Below, piece after piece: positions 35,852-53,787 of a DNA stretch of 64,000 bases; within the stretch, counting starts at the first letter, position 1; the number at the start of each line of letters is the position of its first letter. The DNA comes from Mytilus trossulus (Eukaryota): contig NC_086378.1 of the NCBI RefSeq assembly GCF_036588685.1, positions 33,728,001 to 33,792,000 of the forward strand, in the 5' to 3' direction. Position numbers and translations under genes: made by a program. The notes below the pieces were generated by a model. That model was not told the DNA's origin. It did no database searches and saw only the letters and a program-made list of their open reading frames with translations.

Positions 35852-37032
35852 TCACCACTTACATAAAGCTGGCGTTGATTGGTCCGCATATCTTAAATCT
35901 GATTGGACTGATTTGTAAGGGACTTTGACAGTTTTCAATCCATTTTTTACTGAAAAACTGCTCAACCCAAGCTGACAGTAAAAATGCCCCCTTTTTTCAT
36001 TCATAATTACAGTTTCTGATCATCCCTCATAGCTCAACAATAGTAAATTAGTGTCACGGTTTCAATATGATAAATCTGAAGAAGAAAAATAATAATAATG
36101 AAAAAAGGTCAAAATACATGCAGAAACATTAAGGAAAGGAACGAAAAATAAAAACAGGAAAAAATAAAAATAAAATGCAGTTATAACACAAACAAAGCGA
36201 AATAAAAATAAAAAAACAGAAACAAATGGAATTACACATTCCCGACATGACATTGTGCGGATCGGCTGAGTTTCTTTATTGTTGTATTATGTCATATTTA
36301 TGTATATTTAATATAAAAAAAGAAGATGTGGTATGATTTTCATTTGGGCTGGGCACATTTGTCACATTGTCTGATTGTCGGTGTGCTTACATCAATTCCA
36401 CATCTTTAATACACAAACAATAACTAAATAAAGACAGAAAGACAGAGAGAGAGATGCTGAAAAAAATGGAAAAAGGAAAAGAATGGAAAGTACATATCAT
36501 ATATAAAAGTGTTGACGAAAGAGATAATGTTAACAAAAACTATAAATAATTATAATAATAAAAAAAAACCACACACCTTCTCAGATGAATCTAAGCATGC
36601 TCGCATCAATAACCAAGAGAGAGAAAGAAGAGAGCAGACTAGTATTAAATATAAATACTATCAGTGGTTTTTTTTCCCCCCGACAAACATTATATGATTT
36701 AACTGAGCTACTTGTGGGTTCAAAGAGTCAGAAAGTACGACAATAAATGTTCTGATGAAGAAGACTGAAAAAGTTACTAGACTTAGTGTTATGCTATAAG
36801 AACTGTACTTAAATGGGATGCGTTAGAGAGAGAAGAAAAGAAGAATCACGGAAGAAGGGACATTTATATTTTAGACATTTTTTATTTGTTATGTAGTAGA
36901 ATATATTTTTTTCAATTATGTATGGGGAATAAAGTATTACTAAGATGTACAACAATTTTAGACTCTTTTTGAAAAATATTGGTGGCCCTGAAAAGGGCCG
37001 TTGTTAAGTGAGTAATCCGATATATCCACTTT

Positions 37033-37416
<384 letters not shown>

Positions 37417-37686
37417 CTATTTGGTTGATCGACACTGAGTAAAGTGATACAATTTTTCTTCAAAATTTAGCTTATATACCCACTAAACGGATTGAACGAT
37501 GTTTTTATTATACACCAATCAGAACGAAGCTCTCTGCGAGCAGTTAGGCTACCGAACATTCAACATGTTATGGGTGCTCTCTCCGAGGTTCGCGTTTAAT
37601 AAAATCTTTCAATCCGTTTTGCCCAGTATATAAACAAATTGAAAATAATTTTTCACCATTACTTATTTGATTATCAAACCAGTAAC

Positions 37687-38061
37687 ATGCCACCCAAAGT
37701 AGGAACTAAAGGAGCCAAGAAGGCCGTCACCAAGGCAAAGACTGCCAGACCCGGCGGTGATAAGAAAAGGAGGAGGAAGAGACGTGAATCCTATGCTATC
37801 TACATCTACAAAGTCTTGAGACAAGTTCACCCCGACACCGGAGTGTCCTCAAAGGCAATGTCCATCATGAACAGCTTCGTCAACGATATCTTCGAGAGAA
37901 TCGCAGCAGAGGCTTCCCGATTGGCACACTACAACAAAAGATCTACCATCACATCCCGGGAGATCCAGACCGCTGTCCGTCTTCTCTTACCCGGAGAATT
38001 GGCCAAGCACGCTGTCAGTGAAGGTACCAAAGCCGTCACTAAATACACCAGCAGCAAGTAA
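37687..38061 (+). CDS. H2B: Histone H2B
   Basis: Identical protein. Confidence 0.99.
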   Translation: MPPKVGTKGAKKAVTKAKTARPGGDKKRRRKRRESYAIYIYKVLRQVHPDTGVSSKAMSIMNSFVNDIFERIAAEASRLAHYNKRSTITSREIQTAVRLLLPGELAKHAVSEGTKAVTKYTSSK

Positions 38062-38913
38062 ACAGTCTGAAGTTTATAACTTCACAAACGGCCCTTTTCA
38101 GGGCCACCAACATTTTTCAAAAAGAATTTACATTTGTTGTACATCAATGTCAAACTTCTAAACAAAGCTATAAATCCCAACCCCAGCTATAACCACTTTC
38201 AAACTATTTCAATAGTATATGGTTACTTTTCTCTTCTTTCTATCTGTATAACAAATATACGTGTATTTCACTCATTCTGTAGCATTTAATTTGTCTGTCA
38301 AAACTACAAAGCGTAAATACATAAATCATGAAGAACAAAACAGTGCTTTCATTCCAATTAATAGAGTTGATAAATTTACGATTTCTTTTGCTTTTCGAGA
38401 GAAAAAAAATATTGCGAGAATTATTTTACACGGAAACAAGAACATTACCTAATCTTAAACCACGCAAAAAAAACCTCTATAATTGAATATAACAGAATCT
38501 ACAGATTTTGTGTGTAAAAGTCCGTGCATTTTGTTTTGAAATTTTCTCTCTTCATGTAGGCAAATGCACGGACTTGATCTTTGAACGTATTCATAAACCT
38601 TCAGAAATATAAATTCTCAAATAAATACAAGAGTAAGAGTAAGGAAGTTAATTAAAAAGAAAGCCAGATATTTAAAAAAAAAAAGGGGGGGGGGGGGGGT
38701 ATAACGAGAGAGAGAAAATAGTTGCGGATCAGGATCAGGGAAAACAAGAAAAACGGTTGAAAAATTCATGAACATTAGAGAAAAGAATAGAAGTGGGAGC
38801 AAGCTTTGATTTCAAGATTTTGTTTAAAACGATGTACAACAAATCTAAGATTCTTTTTGAAAAATGTTGGTGGCCCTGAAAAGGGCCGTTGTTGATATTA
38901 GCTGGGTGGCTGT

Positions 38914-39231
<318 letters not shown>

Positions 39232-40948
39232 CTATTTGTGGTGATTAGTTAAATAATACTTTCCGTCTAACAGCGACTCTTTATATATCACCAACGCGGC
39301 CGTAAAAGAAGTATCACACATTTTCAGTTAACTGTTGTCTGATTGGCTTACGTTGTTTTATTCCGGGAGGTAACTCTGTACTGCCTTAAACTGTGTACAC
39401 TTTCAATCCACTTTTTCATTCTAGGTCTGAAAAATATAATAATTCATATCAGACAGTAAATTTTTAAGAAAAAACTATTATTTCAATCGGAATAAAAATG
39501 ACTGAAGGAGACAAAAAAAGTTCCAAAATGTTGAAAAGTTTTCATTTTAAGATAGAATAGTATGATAAATAAATGATAAATGAAAATCACTTTAGACAGT
39601 CAAAATTATAAAGATAATTATTTGCTTTCTCTGAACAGACATTTTCATTCAATGACAATACACATTTCAACTTAATGGAATGGAATTTAGTTGGGGAAAA
39701 AATAAACCTCACAGACATATCTAGGAATACTGGTTATCTATTTGTCTATTTGATGTATCCAGAAATTGGATACATCACAGGATTTTACATGCTTGCAGTT
39801 TTCTACCTGTCTTTCATAACTCAACATCATCTGTCAAAGCTGTGCTTGCCATCCATCAACGATCTGCTGCAGGTACTTCAGATCATAAATGGGAGAATGT
39901 ATGAATAAAACTGTTACTGTTATTACTATTAAAGATTTTTTTTTCTAGGTATTACAGTGAAGAAAAGAGATGCCCCTGACTGCGGGTAAAACTTCTTATG
40001 TGTGCATCTTCCTTTCAATTTTATTTTTAAACGCCATTCTATATTTATCCACAGTATGACGATGACAATTTCATCAGCCAATCCAATAAAAATGTTAATG
40101 CGCACACATGTACTTACTATTCTGAAGACTTCTTTTAGCCAGAAAAGTTTATAATAAGTCTGAAAACCACTTTTTATCATATAAAAAAGCTTATAAGTGC
40201 AAGATATATGCTTACATGGACTTCCTACATTGAAATTTTGTGGGGACTACTTGGACCCGTACCGAAATTATATTAATTTAAATAGAAATTTCATGATTTT
40301 GTTAACTAGCAGCAAGACAAGACTCTAAAGTGGACAAAATATATTACTACATACATGATAAAAAAATTCTTTACAATTCTGACTGAAAAAGAGCTCTAAA
40401 TTTTTGATAAAAGTACCCTGTAATATCAGCTTTTCTAAAAGAAATATTCAAATTAATGAATTATACAAGATATTTAAACTCTAACTTAAAAAAAAAGGTT
40501 ATATTTTGGCCAGTTGGTGGTTCTCTTTCTTTGGTCTAGACTACTGGTGTAAATAATACATCAAAAGAAGACAAGACAAAACAAGCGAAGAAAAGAAAAG
40601 AACAGAAGTACAGATAGAAACATTTATATGTTGATCTTTTTTTATATAATGTACTATTTAATATTCTACACACAAGGACATACATGTACCATGATAAACA
40701 AACACCCCCCTTTTTTTTGTGATGAGACTTGTGTGTATATATATATCATAAAATTTATTTTTTGTCTATGTATTGCTTTGCATATAGATGGATTCAACAA
40801 GAAGAAATAAAAGAGAGAGAGAGAGATGGGGAAAAGAGGGGTTCGGCTATGTTTCTAATTTTCATGTACAACAATTTATAGATTCTTTTTGAAAAATATT
40901 GGTGGCCCTGAAAAGGGCCGTTATGTTTTGGTGAAAAAATCACACTTC

Positions 40949-41464
<516 letters not shown>

Positions 41465-42645
41465 TCACCACTTACATAAAGCTGGCGTTGATTGGTCCGC
41501 ATATCTTAAATCTGATTGGACTGATTTGTAAGGGACTTTGACAGTTTTCAATCCATTTTTTACTGAAAAACTGCTCAACCCAAGCTGACAGTAAAAATGC
41601 CCCCTTTTTTCATTCATAATTACAGTTTCTGATCATCCCTCATAGCTCAACAATAGTAAATTAGTGTCACGGTTTCAATATGATAAATCTGAAGAAGAAA
41701 AATAATAATAATGAAAAAATTTCAAAATACATGCAGAAACATTAAGGAAAGGAACGAAAAATAAAAACAGGAAAAAATAAAAATAAAATGCAGTTATAAC
41801 ACAAACAAAGCGAAATAAAAATAAAAAAACAGAAACAAATGGAATTACACATTCCCGACATGACATTGTGCGGATCGGCTGAGTTTCTTTATTGTTGTAT
41901 TATGTCATATTTATGTATATTTAATATAAAAAAAGAAGATGTGGTATGATTTTCATTTGGGCTGGGCACATTTGTCACATTGTCTGATTGTCGGTGTGCT
42001 TACATCAATTCCACATCTTTAATACACAAACAATAACTAAATAAAGACAGAAAGACAGAGAGAGAGATGCTGAAAAAAATGGAAAAAGGAAAAGAATGGA
42101 AAGTACATATCATATATAAAAGTGTTGACGAAAGAGATAATGTTAACAAAAACTATAAATAATTATAATAATAAAAAAAAACCACACACCTTCTCAGATG
42201 AATCTAAGCATGCTCGCATCAATAACCAAGAGAGAGAAAGAAGAGAGCAGACTAGTATTAAATATAAATACTATCAGTGGTTTTTTTTCCCCCCGACAAA
42301 CATTATATGATTTAACTGAGCTACTTGTGGGTTCAAAGAGTCAGAAAGTACGACAATAAATGTTCTGATGAAGAAGACTGAAAAAGTTACTAGACTTAGT
42401 GTTATGCTATAAGAACTGTACTTAAATGGGATGCGTTAGAGAGAGAAGAAAAGAAGAATCACGGAAGAAGGGACATTTATATTTTAGACATTTTTTATTT
42501 GTTATGTAGTAGAATATATTTTTTTCAATTATGTATGGGGAATAAAGTATTACTAAGATGTACAACAATTTTAGACTCTTTTTGAAAAATATTGGTGGCC
42601 CTGAAAAGGGCCGTTGTTAAGTGAGTAATCCGATATATCCACTTT

Positions 42646-43029
<384 letters not shown>

Positions 43030-43299
43030 CTATTTGGTTGATCGACACTGAGTAAAGTGATACAATTTTTCTTCAAAATTTAGCTTATATACCCACTAAA
43101 CGGATTGAACGATGTTTTTATTATACACCAATCAGAACGAAGCTCTCTGCGAGCAGTTAGGCTACCGAACATTCAACATGTTATGGGTGCTCTCTCCGAG
43201 GTTCGCGTTTAATAAAATCTTTCAATCCGTTTTGCCCAGTATATAAACAAATTGAAAATAATTTTTCACCATTACTTATTTGATTATCAAACCAGTAAC

Positions 43300-43674
43300 A
43301 TGCCACCCAAAGTAGGAACTAAAGGAGCCAAGAAGGCCGTCACCAAGGCAAAGACTGCCAGACCCGGCGGTGATAAGAAAAGGAGGAGGAAGAGACGTGA
43401 ATCCTATGCTATCTACATCTACAAAGTCTTGAGACAAGTTCACCCCGACACCGGAGTGTCCTCAAAGGCAATGTCCATCATGAACAGCTTCGTCAACGAT
43501 ATCTTCGAGAGAATCGCAGCAGAGGCTTCCCGATTGGCACACTACAACAAAAGATCTACCATCACATCCCGGGAGATCCAGACCGCTGTCCGTCTTCTCT
43601 TACCCGGAGAATTGGCCAAGCACGCTGTCAGTGAAGGTACCAAAGCCGTCACTAAATACACCAGCAGCAAGTAA
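43300..43674 (+). CDS. H2B: Histone H2B
   Basis: Identical protein. Confidence 0.99.
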   Translation: MPPKVGTKGAKKAVTKAKTARPGGDKKRRRKRRESYAIYIYKVLRQVHPDTGVSSKAMSIMNSFVNDIFERIAAEASRLAHYNKRSTITSREIQTAVRLLLPGELAKHAVSEGTKAVTKYTSSK

Positions 43675-44524
43675 ACAGTCTGAAGTTTATAACTTCACAA
43701 ACGGCCCTTTTCAGGGCCACCAACATTTTTCAAAAAGAATTTACATTTGTTGTACATCAATGTCAAACTTCTAAACAAAGCTATAAATCCCAACCCCAGC
43801 TATAACCACTTTCAAACTATTTCAATAGTATATGGTTACTTTTCTCTTCTTTCTATCTGTATAACAAATATACGTGTATTTCACTCATTCTGTAGCATTT
43901 AATTTGTCTGTCAAAACTACAAAGCGTAAATACATAAATCATGAAGAACAAAACAGTGCTTTCATTCCAATTAATAGAGTTGATAAATTTACGATTTCTT
44001 TTGCTTTTCGAGAGAAAAAAAATATTGCGAGAATTATTTTACACGGAAACAAGAACATTACCTAATCTTAAACCACGCAAAAAAAACCTCTATAATTGAA
44101 TATAACAGAATCTACAGATTTTGTGTGTAAAAGTCCGTGCATTTTGTTTTGAAATTTTCTCTCTTCATGTAGGCAAATGCACGGACTTGATCTTTGAACG
44201 TATTCATAAACCTTCAGAAATATAAATTCTCAAATAAATACAAGAGTAAGAGTAAGGAAGTTAATTAAAAAGAAAGCCAGATATTTAAAAAAAAAAAGGG
44301 GGGGGGGGGGTATAACGAGAGAGAGAAAATAGTTGCGGATCAGGATCAGGGAAAACAAGAAAAACGGTTGAAAAATTCATGAACATTAGAGAAAAGAATA
44401 GAAGTGGGAGCAAGCTTTGATTTCAAGATTTTGTTTAAAACGATGTACAACAAATCTAAGATTCTTTTTGAAAAATGTTGGTGGCCCTGAAAAGGGCCGT
44501 TGTTGATATTAGCTGGGTGGCTGT

Positions 44525-44842
<318 letters not shown>

Positions 44843-46559
44843 CTATTTGTGGTGATTAGTTAAATAATACTTTCCGTCTAACAGCGACTCTTTATATATC
44901 ACCAACGCGGCCGTAAAAGAAGTATCACACATTTTCAGTTAACTGTTGTCTGATTGGCTTACGTTGTTTTATTCCGGGAGGTAACTCTGTACTGCCTTAA
45001 ACTGTGTACACTTTCAATCCACTTTTTCATTCTAGGTCTGAAAAATATAATAATTCATATCAGACAGTAAATTTTTAAGAAAAAACTATTATTTCAATCG
45101 GAATAAAAATGACTGAAGGAGACAAAAAAAGTTCCAAAATGTTGAAAAGTTTTCATTTTAAGATAGAATAGTATGATAAATAAATGATAAATGAAAATCA
45201 CTTTAGACAGTCAAAATTATAAAGATAATTATTTGCTTTCTCTGAACAGACATTTTCATTCAATGACAATACACATTTCAACTTAATGGAATGGAATTTA
45301 GTTGGGGAAAAAATAAACCTCACAGACATATCTAGGAATACTGGTTATCTATTTGTCTATTTGATGTATCCAGAAATTGGATACATCACAGGATTTTACA
45401 TGCTTGCAGTTTTCTACCTGTCTTTCATAACTCAACATCATCTGTCAAAGCTGTGCTTGCCATCCATCAACGATCTGCTGCAGGTACTTCAGATCATAAA
45501 TGGGAGAATGTATGAATAAAACTGTTACTGTTATTACTATTAAAGATTTTTTTTTCTAGGTATTACAGTGAAGAAAAGAGATGCCCCTGACTGCGGGTAA
45601 AACTTCTTATGTGTGCATCTTCCTTTCAATTTTATTTTTAAACGCCATTCTATATTTATCCACAGTATGACGATGACAATTTCATCAGCCAATCCAATAA
45701 AAATGTTAATGCGCACACATGTACTTACTATTCTGAAGACTTCTTTTAGCCAGAAAAGTTTATAATAAGTCTGAAAACCACTTTTTATCATATAAAAAAG
45801 CTTATAAGTGCAAGATATATGCTTACATGGACTTCCTACATTGAAATTTTGTGGGGACTACTTGGACCCGTACCGAAATTATATTAATTTAAATAGAAAT
45901 TTCATGATTTTGTTAACTAGCAGCAAGACAAGACTCTAAAGTGGACAAAATATATTACTACATACATGATAAAAAAATTCTTTACAATTCTGACTGAAAA
46001 AGAGCTCTAAATTTTTGATAAAAGTACCCTGTAATATCAGCTTTTCTAAAAGAAATATTCAAATTAATGAATTATACAAGATATTTAAACTCTAACTTAA
46101 AAAAAAAGGTTATATTTTGGCCAGTTGGTGGTTCTCTTTCTTTGGTCTAGACTACTGGTGTAAATAATACATCAAAAGAAGACAAGACAAAACAAGCGAA
46201 GAAAAGAAAAGAACAGAAGTACAGATAGAAACATTTATATGTTGATCTTTTTTTATATAATGTACTATTTAATATTCTACACACAAGGACATACATGTAC
46301 CATGATAAACAAACACCCCCCTTTTTTTTGTGATGAGACTTGTGTGTATATATATATCATAAAATTTATTTTTTGTCTATGTATTGCTTTGCATATAGAT
46401 GGATTCAACAAGAAGAAATAAAAGAGAGAGAGAGAGATGGGGAAAAGAGGGGTTCGGCTATGTTTCTAATTTTCATGTACAACAATTTATAGATTCTTTT
46501 TGAAAAATATTGGTGGCCCTGAAAAGGGCCGTTATGTTTTGGTGAAAAAATCACACTTC

Positions 46560-47075
<516 letters not shown>

Positions 47076-48256
47076 TCACCACTTACATAAAGCTGGCGTT
47101 GATTGGTCCGCATATCTTAAATCTGATTGGACTGATTTGTAAGGGACTTTGACAGTTTTCAATCCATTTTTTACTGAAAAACTGCTCAACCCAAGCTGAC
47201 AGTAAAAATGCCCCCTTTTTTCATTCATAATTACAGTTTCTGATCATCCCTCATAGCTCAACAATAGTAAATTAGTGTCACGGTTTCAATATGATAAATC
47301 TGAAGAAGAAAAATAATAATAATGAAAAAAGGTCAAAATACATGCAGAAACATTAAGGAAAGGAACGAAAAATAAAAACAGGAAAAAATAAAAATAAAAT
47401 GCAGTTATAACACAAACAAAGCGAAATAAAAATAAAAAAACAGAAACAAATGGAATTACACATTCCCGACATGACATTGTGCGGATCGGCTGAGTTTCTT
47501 TATTGTTGTATTATGTCATATTTATGTATATTTAATATAAAAAAAGAAGATGTGGTATGATTTTCATTTGGGCTGGGCACATTTGTCACATTGTCTGATT
47601 GTCGGTGTGCTTACATCAATTCCACATCTTTAATACACAAACAATAACTAAATAAAGACAGAAAGACAGAGAGAGAGATGCTGAAAAAAATGGAAAAAGG
47701 AAAAGAATGGAAAGTACATATCATATATAAAAGTGTTGACGAAAGAGATAATGTTAACAAAAACTATAAATAATTATAATAATAAAAAAAAACCACACAC
47801 CTTCTCAGATGAATCTAAGCATGCTCGCATCAATAACCAAGAGAGAGAAAGAAGAGAGCAGACTAGTATTAAATATAAATACTATCAGTGGTTTTTTTTC
47901 CCCCCGACAAACATTATATGATTTAACTGAGCTACTTGTGGGTTCAAAGAGTCAGAAAGTACGACAATAAATGTTCTGATGAAGAAGACTGAAAAAGTTA
48001 CTAGACTTAGTGTTATGCTATAAGAACTGTACTTAAATGGGATGCGTTAGAGAGAGAAGAAAAGAAGAATCACGGAAGAAGGGACATTTATATTTTAGAC
48101 ATTTTTTATTTGTTATGTAGTAGAATATATTTTTTTCAATTATGTATGGGGAATAAAGTATTACTAAGATGTACAACAATTTTAGACTCTTTTTGAAAAA
48201 TATTGGTGGCCCTGAAAAGGGCCGTTGTTAAGTGAGTAATCCGATATATCCACTTT

Positions 48257-48640
<384 letters not shown>

Positions 48641-48910
48641 CTATTTGGTTGATCGACACTGAGTAAAGTGATACAATTTTTCTTCAAAATTTAGCTTATA
48701 TACCCACTAAACGGATTGAACGATGTTTTTATTATACACCAATCAGAACGAAGCTCTCTGCGAGCAGTTAGGCTACCGAACATTCAACATGTTATGGGTG
48801 CTCTCTCCGAGGTTCGCGTTTAATAAAATCTTTCAATCCGTTTTGCCCAGTATATAAACAAATTGAAAATAATTTTTCACCATTACTTATTTGATTATCA
48901 AACCAGTAAC

Positions 48911-49285
48911 ATGCCACCCAAAGTAGGAACTAAAGGAGCCAAGAAGGCCGTCACCAAGGCAAAGACTGCCAGACCCGGCGGTGATAAGAAAAGGAGGAGG
49001 AAGAGACGTGAATCCTATGCTATCTACATCTACAAAGTCTTGAGACAAGTTCACCCCGACACCGGAGTGTCCTCAAAGGCAATGTCCATCATGAACAGCT
49101 TCGTCAACGATATCTTCGAGAGAATCGCAGCAGAGGCTTCCCGATTGGCACACTACAACAAAAGATCTACCATCACATCCCGGGAGATCCAGACCGCTGT
49201 CCGTCTTCTCTTACCCGGAGAATTGGCCAAGCACGCTGTCAGTGAAGGTACCAAAGCCGTCACTAAATACACCAGCAGCAAGTAA
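48911..49285 (+). CDS. H2B: Histone H2B
   Basis: Identical protein. Confidence 0.99.
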   Translation: MPPKVGTKGAKKAVTKAKTARPGGDKKRRRKRRESYAIYIYKVLRQVHPDTGVSSKAMSIMNSFVNDIFERIAAEASRLAHYNKRSTITSREIQTAVRLLLPGELAKHAVSEGTKAVTKYTSSK

Positions 49286-50138
49286 ACAGTCTGAAGTTTA
49301 TAACTTCACAAACGGCCCTTTTCAGGGCCACCAACATTTTTCAAAAAGAATTTACATTTGTTGTACATCAATGTCAAACTTCTAAACAAAGCTATAAATC
49401 CCAACCCCAGCTATAACCACTTTCAAACTATTTCAATAGTATATGGTTACTTTTCTCTTCTTTCTATCTGTATAACAAATATACGTGTATTTCACTCATT
49501 CTGTAGCATTTAATTTGTCTGTCAAAACTACAAAGCGTAAATACATAAATCATGAAGAACAAAACAGTGCTTTCATTCCAATTAATAGAGTTGATAAATT
49601 TACGATTTCTTTTGCTTTTCGAGAGAAAAAAAATATTGCGAGAATTATTTTACACGGAAACAAGAACATTACCTAATCTTAAACCACGCAAAAAAAACCT
49701 CTATAATTGAATATAACAGAATCTACAGATTTTGTGTGTAAAAGTCCGTGCATTTTGTTTTGAAATTTTCTCTCTTCATGTAGGCAAATGCACGGACTTG
49801 ATCTTTGAACGTATTCATAAACCTTCAGAAATATAAATTCTCAAATAAATACAAGAGTAAGAGTAAGGAAGTTAATTAAAAAGAAAGCCAGATATTTAAA
49901 AAAAAAAAGGGGGGGGGGGGGGGGTATAACGAGAGAGAGAAAATAGTTGCGGATCAGGATCAGGGAAAACAAGAAAAACGGTTGAAAAATTCATGAACAT
50001 TAGAGAAAAGAATAGAAGTGGGAGCAAGCTTTGATTTCAAGATTTTGTTTAAAACGATGTACAACAAATCTAAGATTCTTTTTGAAAAATGTTGGTGGCC
50101 CTGAAAAGGGCCGTTGTTGATATTAGCTGGGTGGCTGT

Positions 50139-50456
<318 letters not shown>

Positions 50457-52174
50457 CTATTTGTGGTGATTAGTTAAATAATACTTTCCGTCTAACAGCG
50501 ACTCTTTATATATCACCAACGCGGCCGTAAAAGAAGTATCACACATTTTCAGTTAACTGTTGTCTGATTGGCTTACGTTGTTTTATTCCGGGAGGTAACT
50601 CTGTACTGCCTTAAACTGTGTACACTTTCAATCCACTTTTTCATTCTAGGTCTGAAAAATATAATAATTCATATCAGACAGTAAATTTTTAAGAAAAAAC
50701 TATTATTTCAATCGGAATAAAAATGACTGAAGGAGACAAAAAAAGTTCCAAAATGTTGAAAAGTTTTCATTTTAAGATAGAATAGTATGATAAATAAATG
50801 ATAAATGAAAATCACTTTAGACAGTCAAAATTATAAAGATAATTATTTGCTTTCTCTGAACAGACATTTTCATTCAATGACAATACACATTTCAACTTAA
50901 TGGAATGGAATTTAGTTGGGGAAAAAATAAACCTCACAGACATATCTAGGAATACTGGTTATCTATTTGTCTATTTGATGTATCCAGAAATTGGATACAT
51001 CACAGGATTTTACATGCTTGCAGTTTTCTACCTGTCTTTCATAACTCAACATCATCTGTCAAAGCTGTGCTTGCCATCCATCAACGATCTGCTGCAGGTA
51101 CTTCAGATCATAAATGGGAGAATGTATGAATAAAACTGTTACTGTTATTACTATTAAAGATTTTTTTTTCTAGGTATTACAGTGAAGAAAAGAGATGCCC
51201 CTGACTGCGGGTAAAACTTCTTATGTGTGCATCTTCCTTTCAATTTTATTTTTAAACGCCATTCTATATTTATCCACAGTATGACGATGACAATTTCATC
51301 AGCCAATCCAATAAAAATGTTAATGCGCACACATGTACTTACTATTCTGAAGACTTCTTTTAGCCAGAAAAGTTTATAATAAGTCTGAAAACCACTTTTT
51401 ATCATATAAAAAAGCTTATAAGTGCAAGATATATGCTTACATGGACTTCCTACATTGAAATTTTGTGGGGACTACTTGGACCCGTACCGAAATTATATTA
51501 ATTTAAATAGAAATTTCATGATTTTGTTAACTAGCAGCAAGACAAGACTCTAAAGTGGACAAAATATATTACTACATACATGATAAAAAAATTCTTTACA
51601 ATTCTGACTGAAAAAGAGCTCTAAATTTTTGATAAAAGTACCCTGTAATATCAGCTTTTCTAAAAGAAATATTCAAATTAATGAATTATACAAGATATTT
51701 AAACTCTAACTTAAAAAAAAAGGTTATATTTTGGCCAGTTGGTGGTTCTCTTTCTTTGGTCTAGACTACTGGTGTAAATAATACATCAAAAGAAGACAAG
51801 ACAAAACAAGCGAAGAAAAGAAAAGAACAGAAGTACAGATAGAAACATTTATATGTTGATCTTTTTTTATATAATGTACTATTTAATATTCTACACACAA
51901 GGACATACATGTACCATGATAAACAAACACCCCCCTTTTTTTTGTGATGAGACTTGTGTGTATATATATATCATAAAATTTATTTTTTGTCTATGTATTG
52001 CTTTGCATATAGATGGATTCAACAAGAAGAAATAAAAGAGAGAGAGAGAGCATGGGGAAAAGAGGGGTTCGGCTATGTTTCTAATTTTCATGTACAACAA
52101 TTTATAGATTCTTTTTGAAAAATATTGGTGGCCCTGAAAAGGGCCGTTATGTTTTGGTGAAAAAATCACACTTC

Positions 52175-52690
<516 letters not shown>

Positions 52691-52999
52691 TCACCACTTA
52701 CATAAAGCTGGCGTTGATTGGTCCGCATATCTTAAATCTGATTGGACTGATTTGTAAGGGACTTTGACAGTTTTCAATCCATTTTTTACTGAAAAACTGC
52801 TCAACCCAAGCTGACAGTAAAAATGCCCCCTTTTTTCATTCATAATTACAGTTTCTGATCATCCCTCATAGCTCAACAATAGTAAATTAGTGTCACGGTT
52901 TCAATATGATAAATCTGAAGAAGAAAAATAATAATAATGAAAAAAGGTCAAAATACATGCAGAAACATTAAGGAAAGGAACGAAAAATAAAAACAGGAA

Positions 53000-53099
53000 N
53001 NNNNNNNNNNNNNNNNNNNNNNNNNNNNNNNNNNNNNNNNNNNNNNNNNNNNNNNNNNNNNNNNNNNNNNNNNNNNNNNNNNNNNNNNNNNNNNNNNNN
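53000..53099. other. Assembly gap (100 N placeholder) at the orientation switch
   Basis: Exactly 100 N. Confidence 0.99.
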
Positions 53100-53134
53100 T
53101 TCTTGGCTCCTTTAGTTCCTACTTTGGGTGGCAT
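53100..53134 (-). CDS. H2B: Histone H2B, 5' fragment cut by the gap
   Basis: [11 protein letters not shown] followed by the N run. Confidence 0.9.
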
Positions 53135-53408
53135 GTTACTGGTTTGATAATCAAATAAGTAATGGTGAAAAATTATTTCAATTTGTTTATATACTGGCAA
53201 ACGGATTGAAAGATTTTATTAAACGCGAACCTCGGAGAGAGCACCCATAACATGTTGAATGTTCGGTAGCCTAACTGCTCGCAGAGAGCTTCGTTCTGAT
53301 TGGTGTATAATAAAAACATCGTTCAATCCGTTTAGTGGGTATATAAGCTAAATTTTGAAGAAAAATTGTATCACTTTACTCAGTGTCGATCAACCAAATA
53401 GTATCAAA

Positions 53409-53787
53409 ATGTCAGGGACGAGAAAAGGAGGAAAAGCAAAAGCAAAGGCAAAGTCTAGGTCATCCCGTGCCGGGACTTCAGTTCCCAGTCGGGTCGTATC
53501 CACAGACTTTGAGGAAAGGAAACTATGCCGAGAGAGTTGGTGCCGGTGCACCAGTGTACCTCGCAGCTGTCTTAGAATACTTAGCAGCTGAAGTATTGGA
53601 GTTGGCAGGAAACGCCGCTCGTGACAACAAGAAGAGCAGAATCATTCCCCGTCATCTCCAGTTGGCCATCAGAAACGACGAAGAGTTGAACAAACTCTTG
53701 TCTGGTGTCACCATTGCCCAGGGAGGTGTTTTACCAAACATCCAGGCTGTACTTCTGCCAAAGAAGACCCAGAAAGCTGCCAAGTAA
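53409..53787 (+). pseudogene. H2A: Histone H2A copy with about 5 single-base indels (probably contig-edge errors)
   Basis: Short-homopolymer indels at 53414-53510; 3' part intact; about 300 bp from the gap. Confidence 0.5.
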
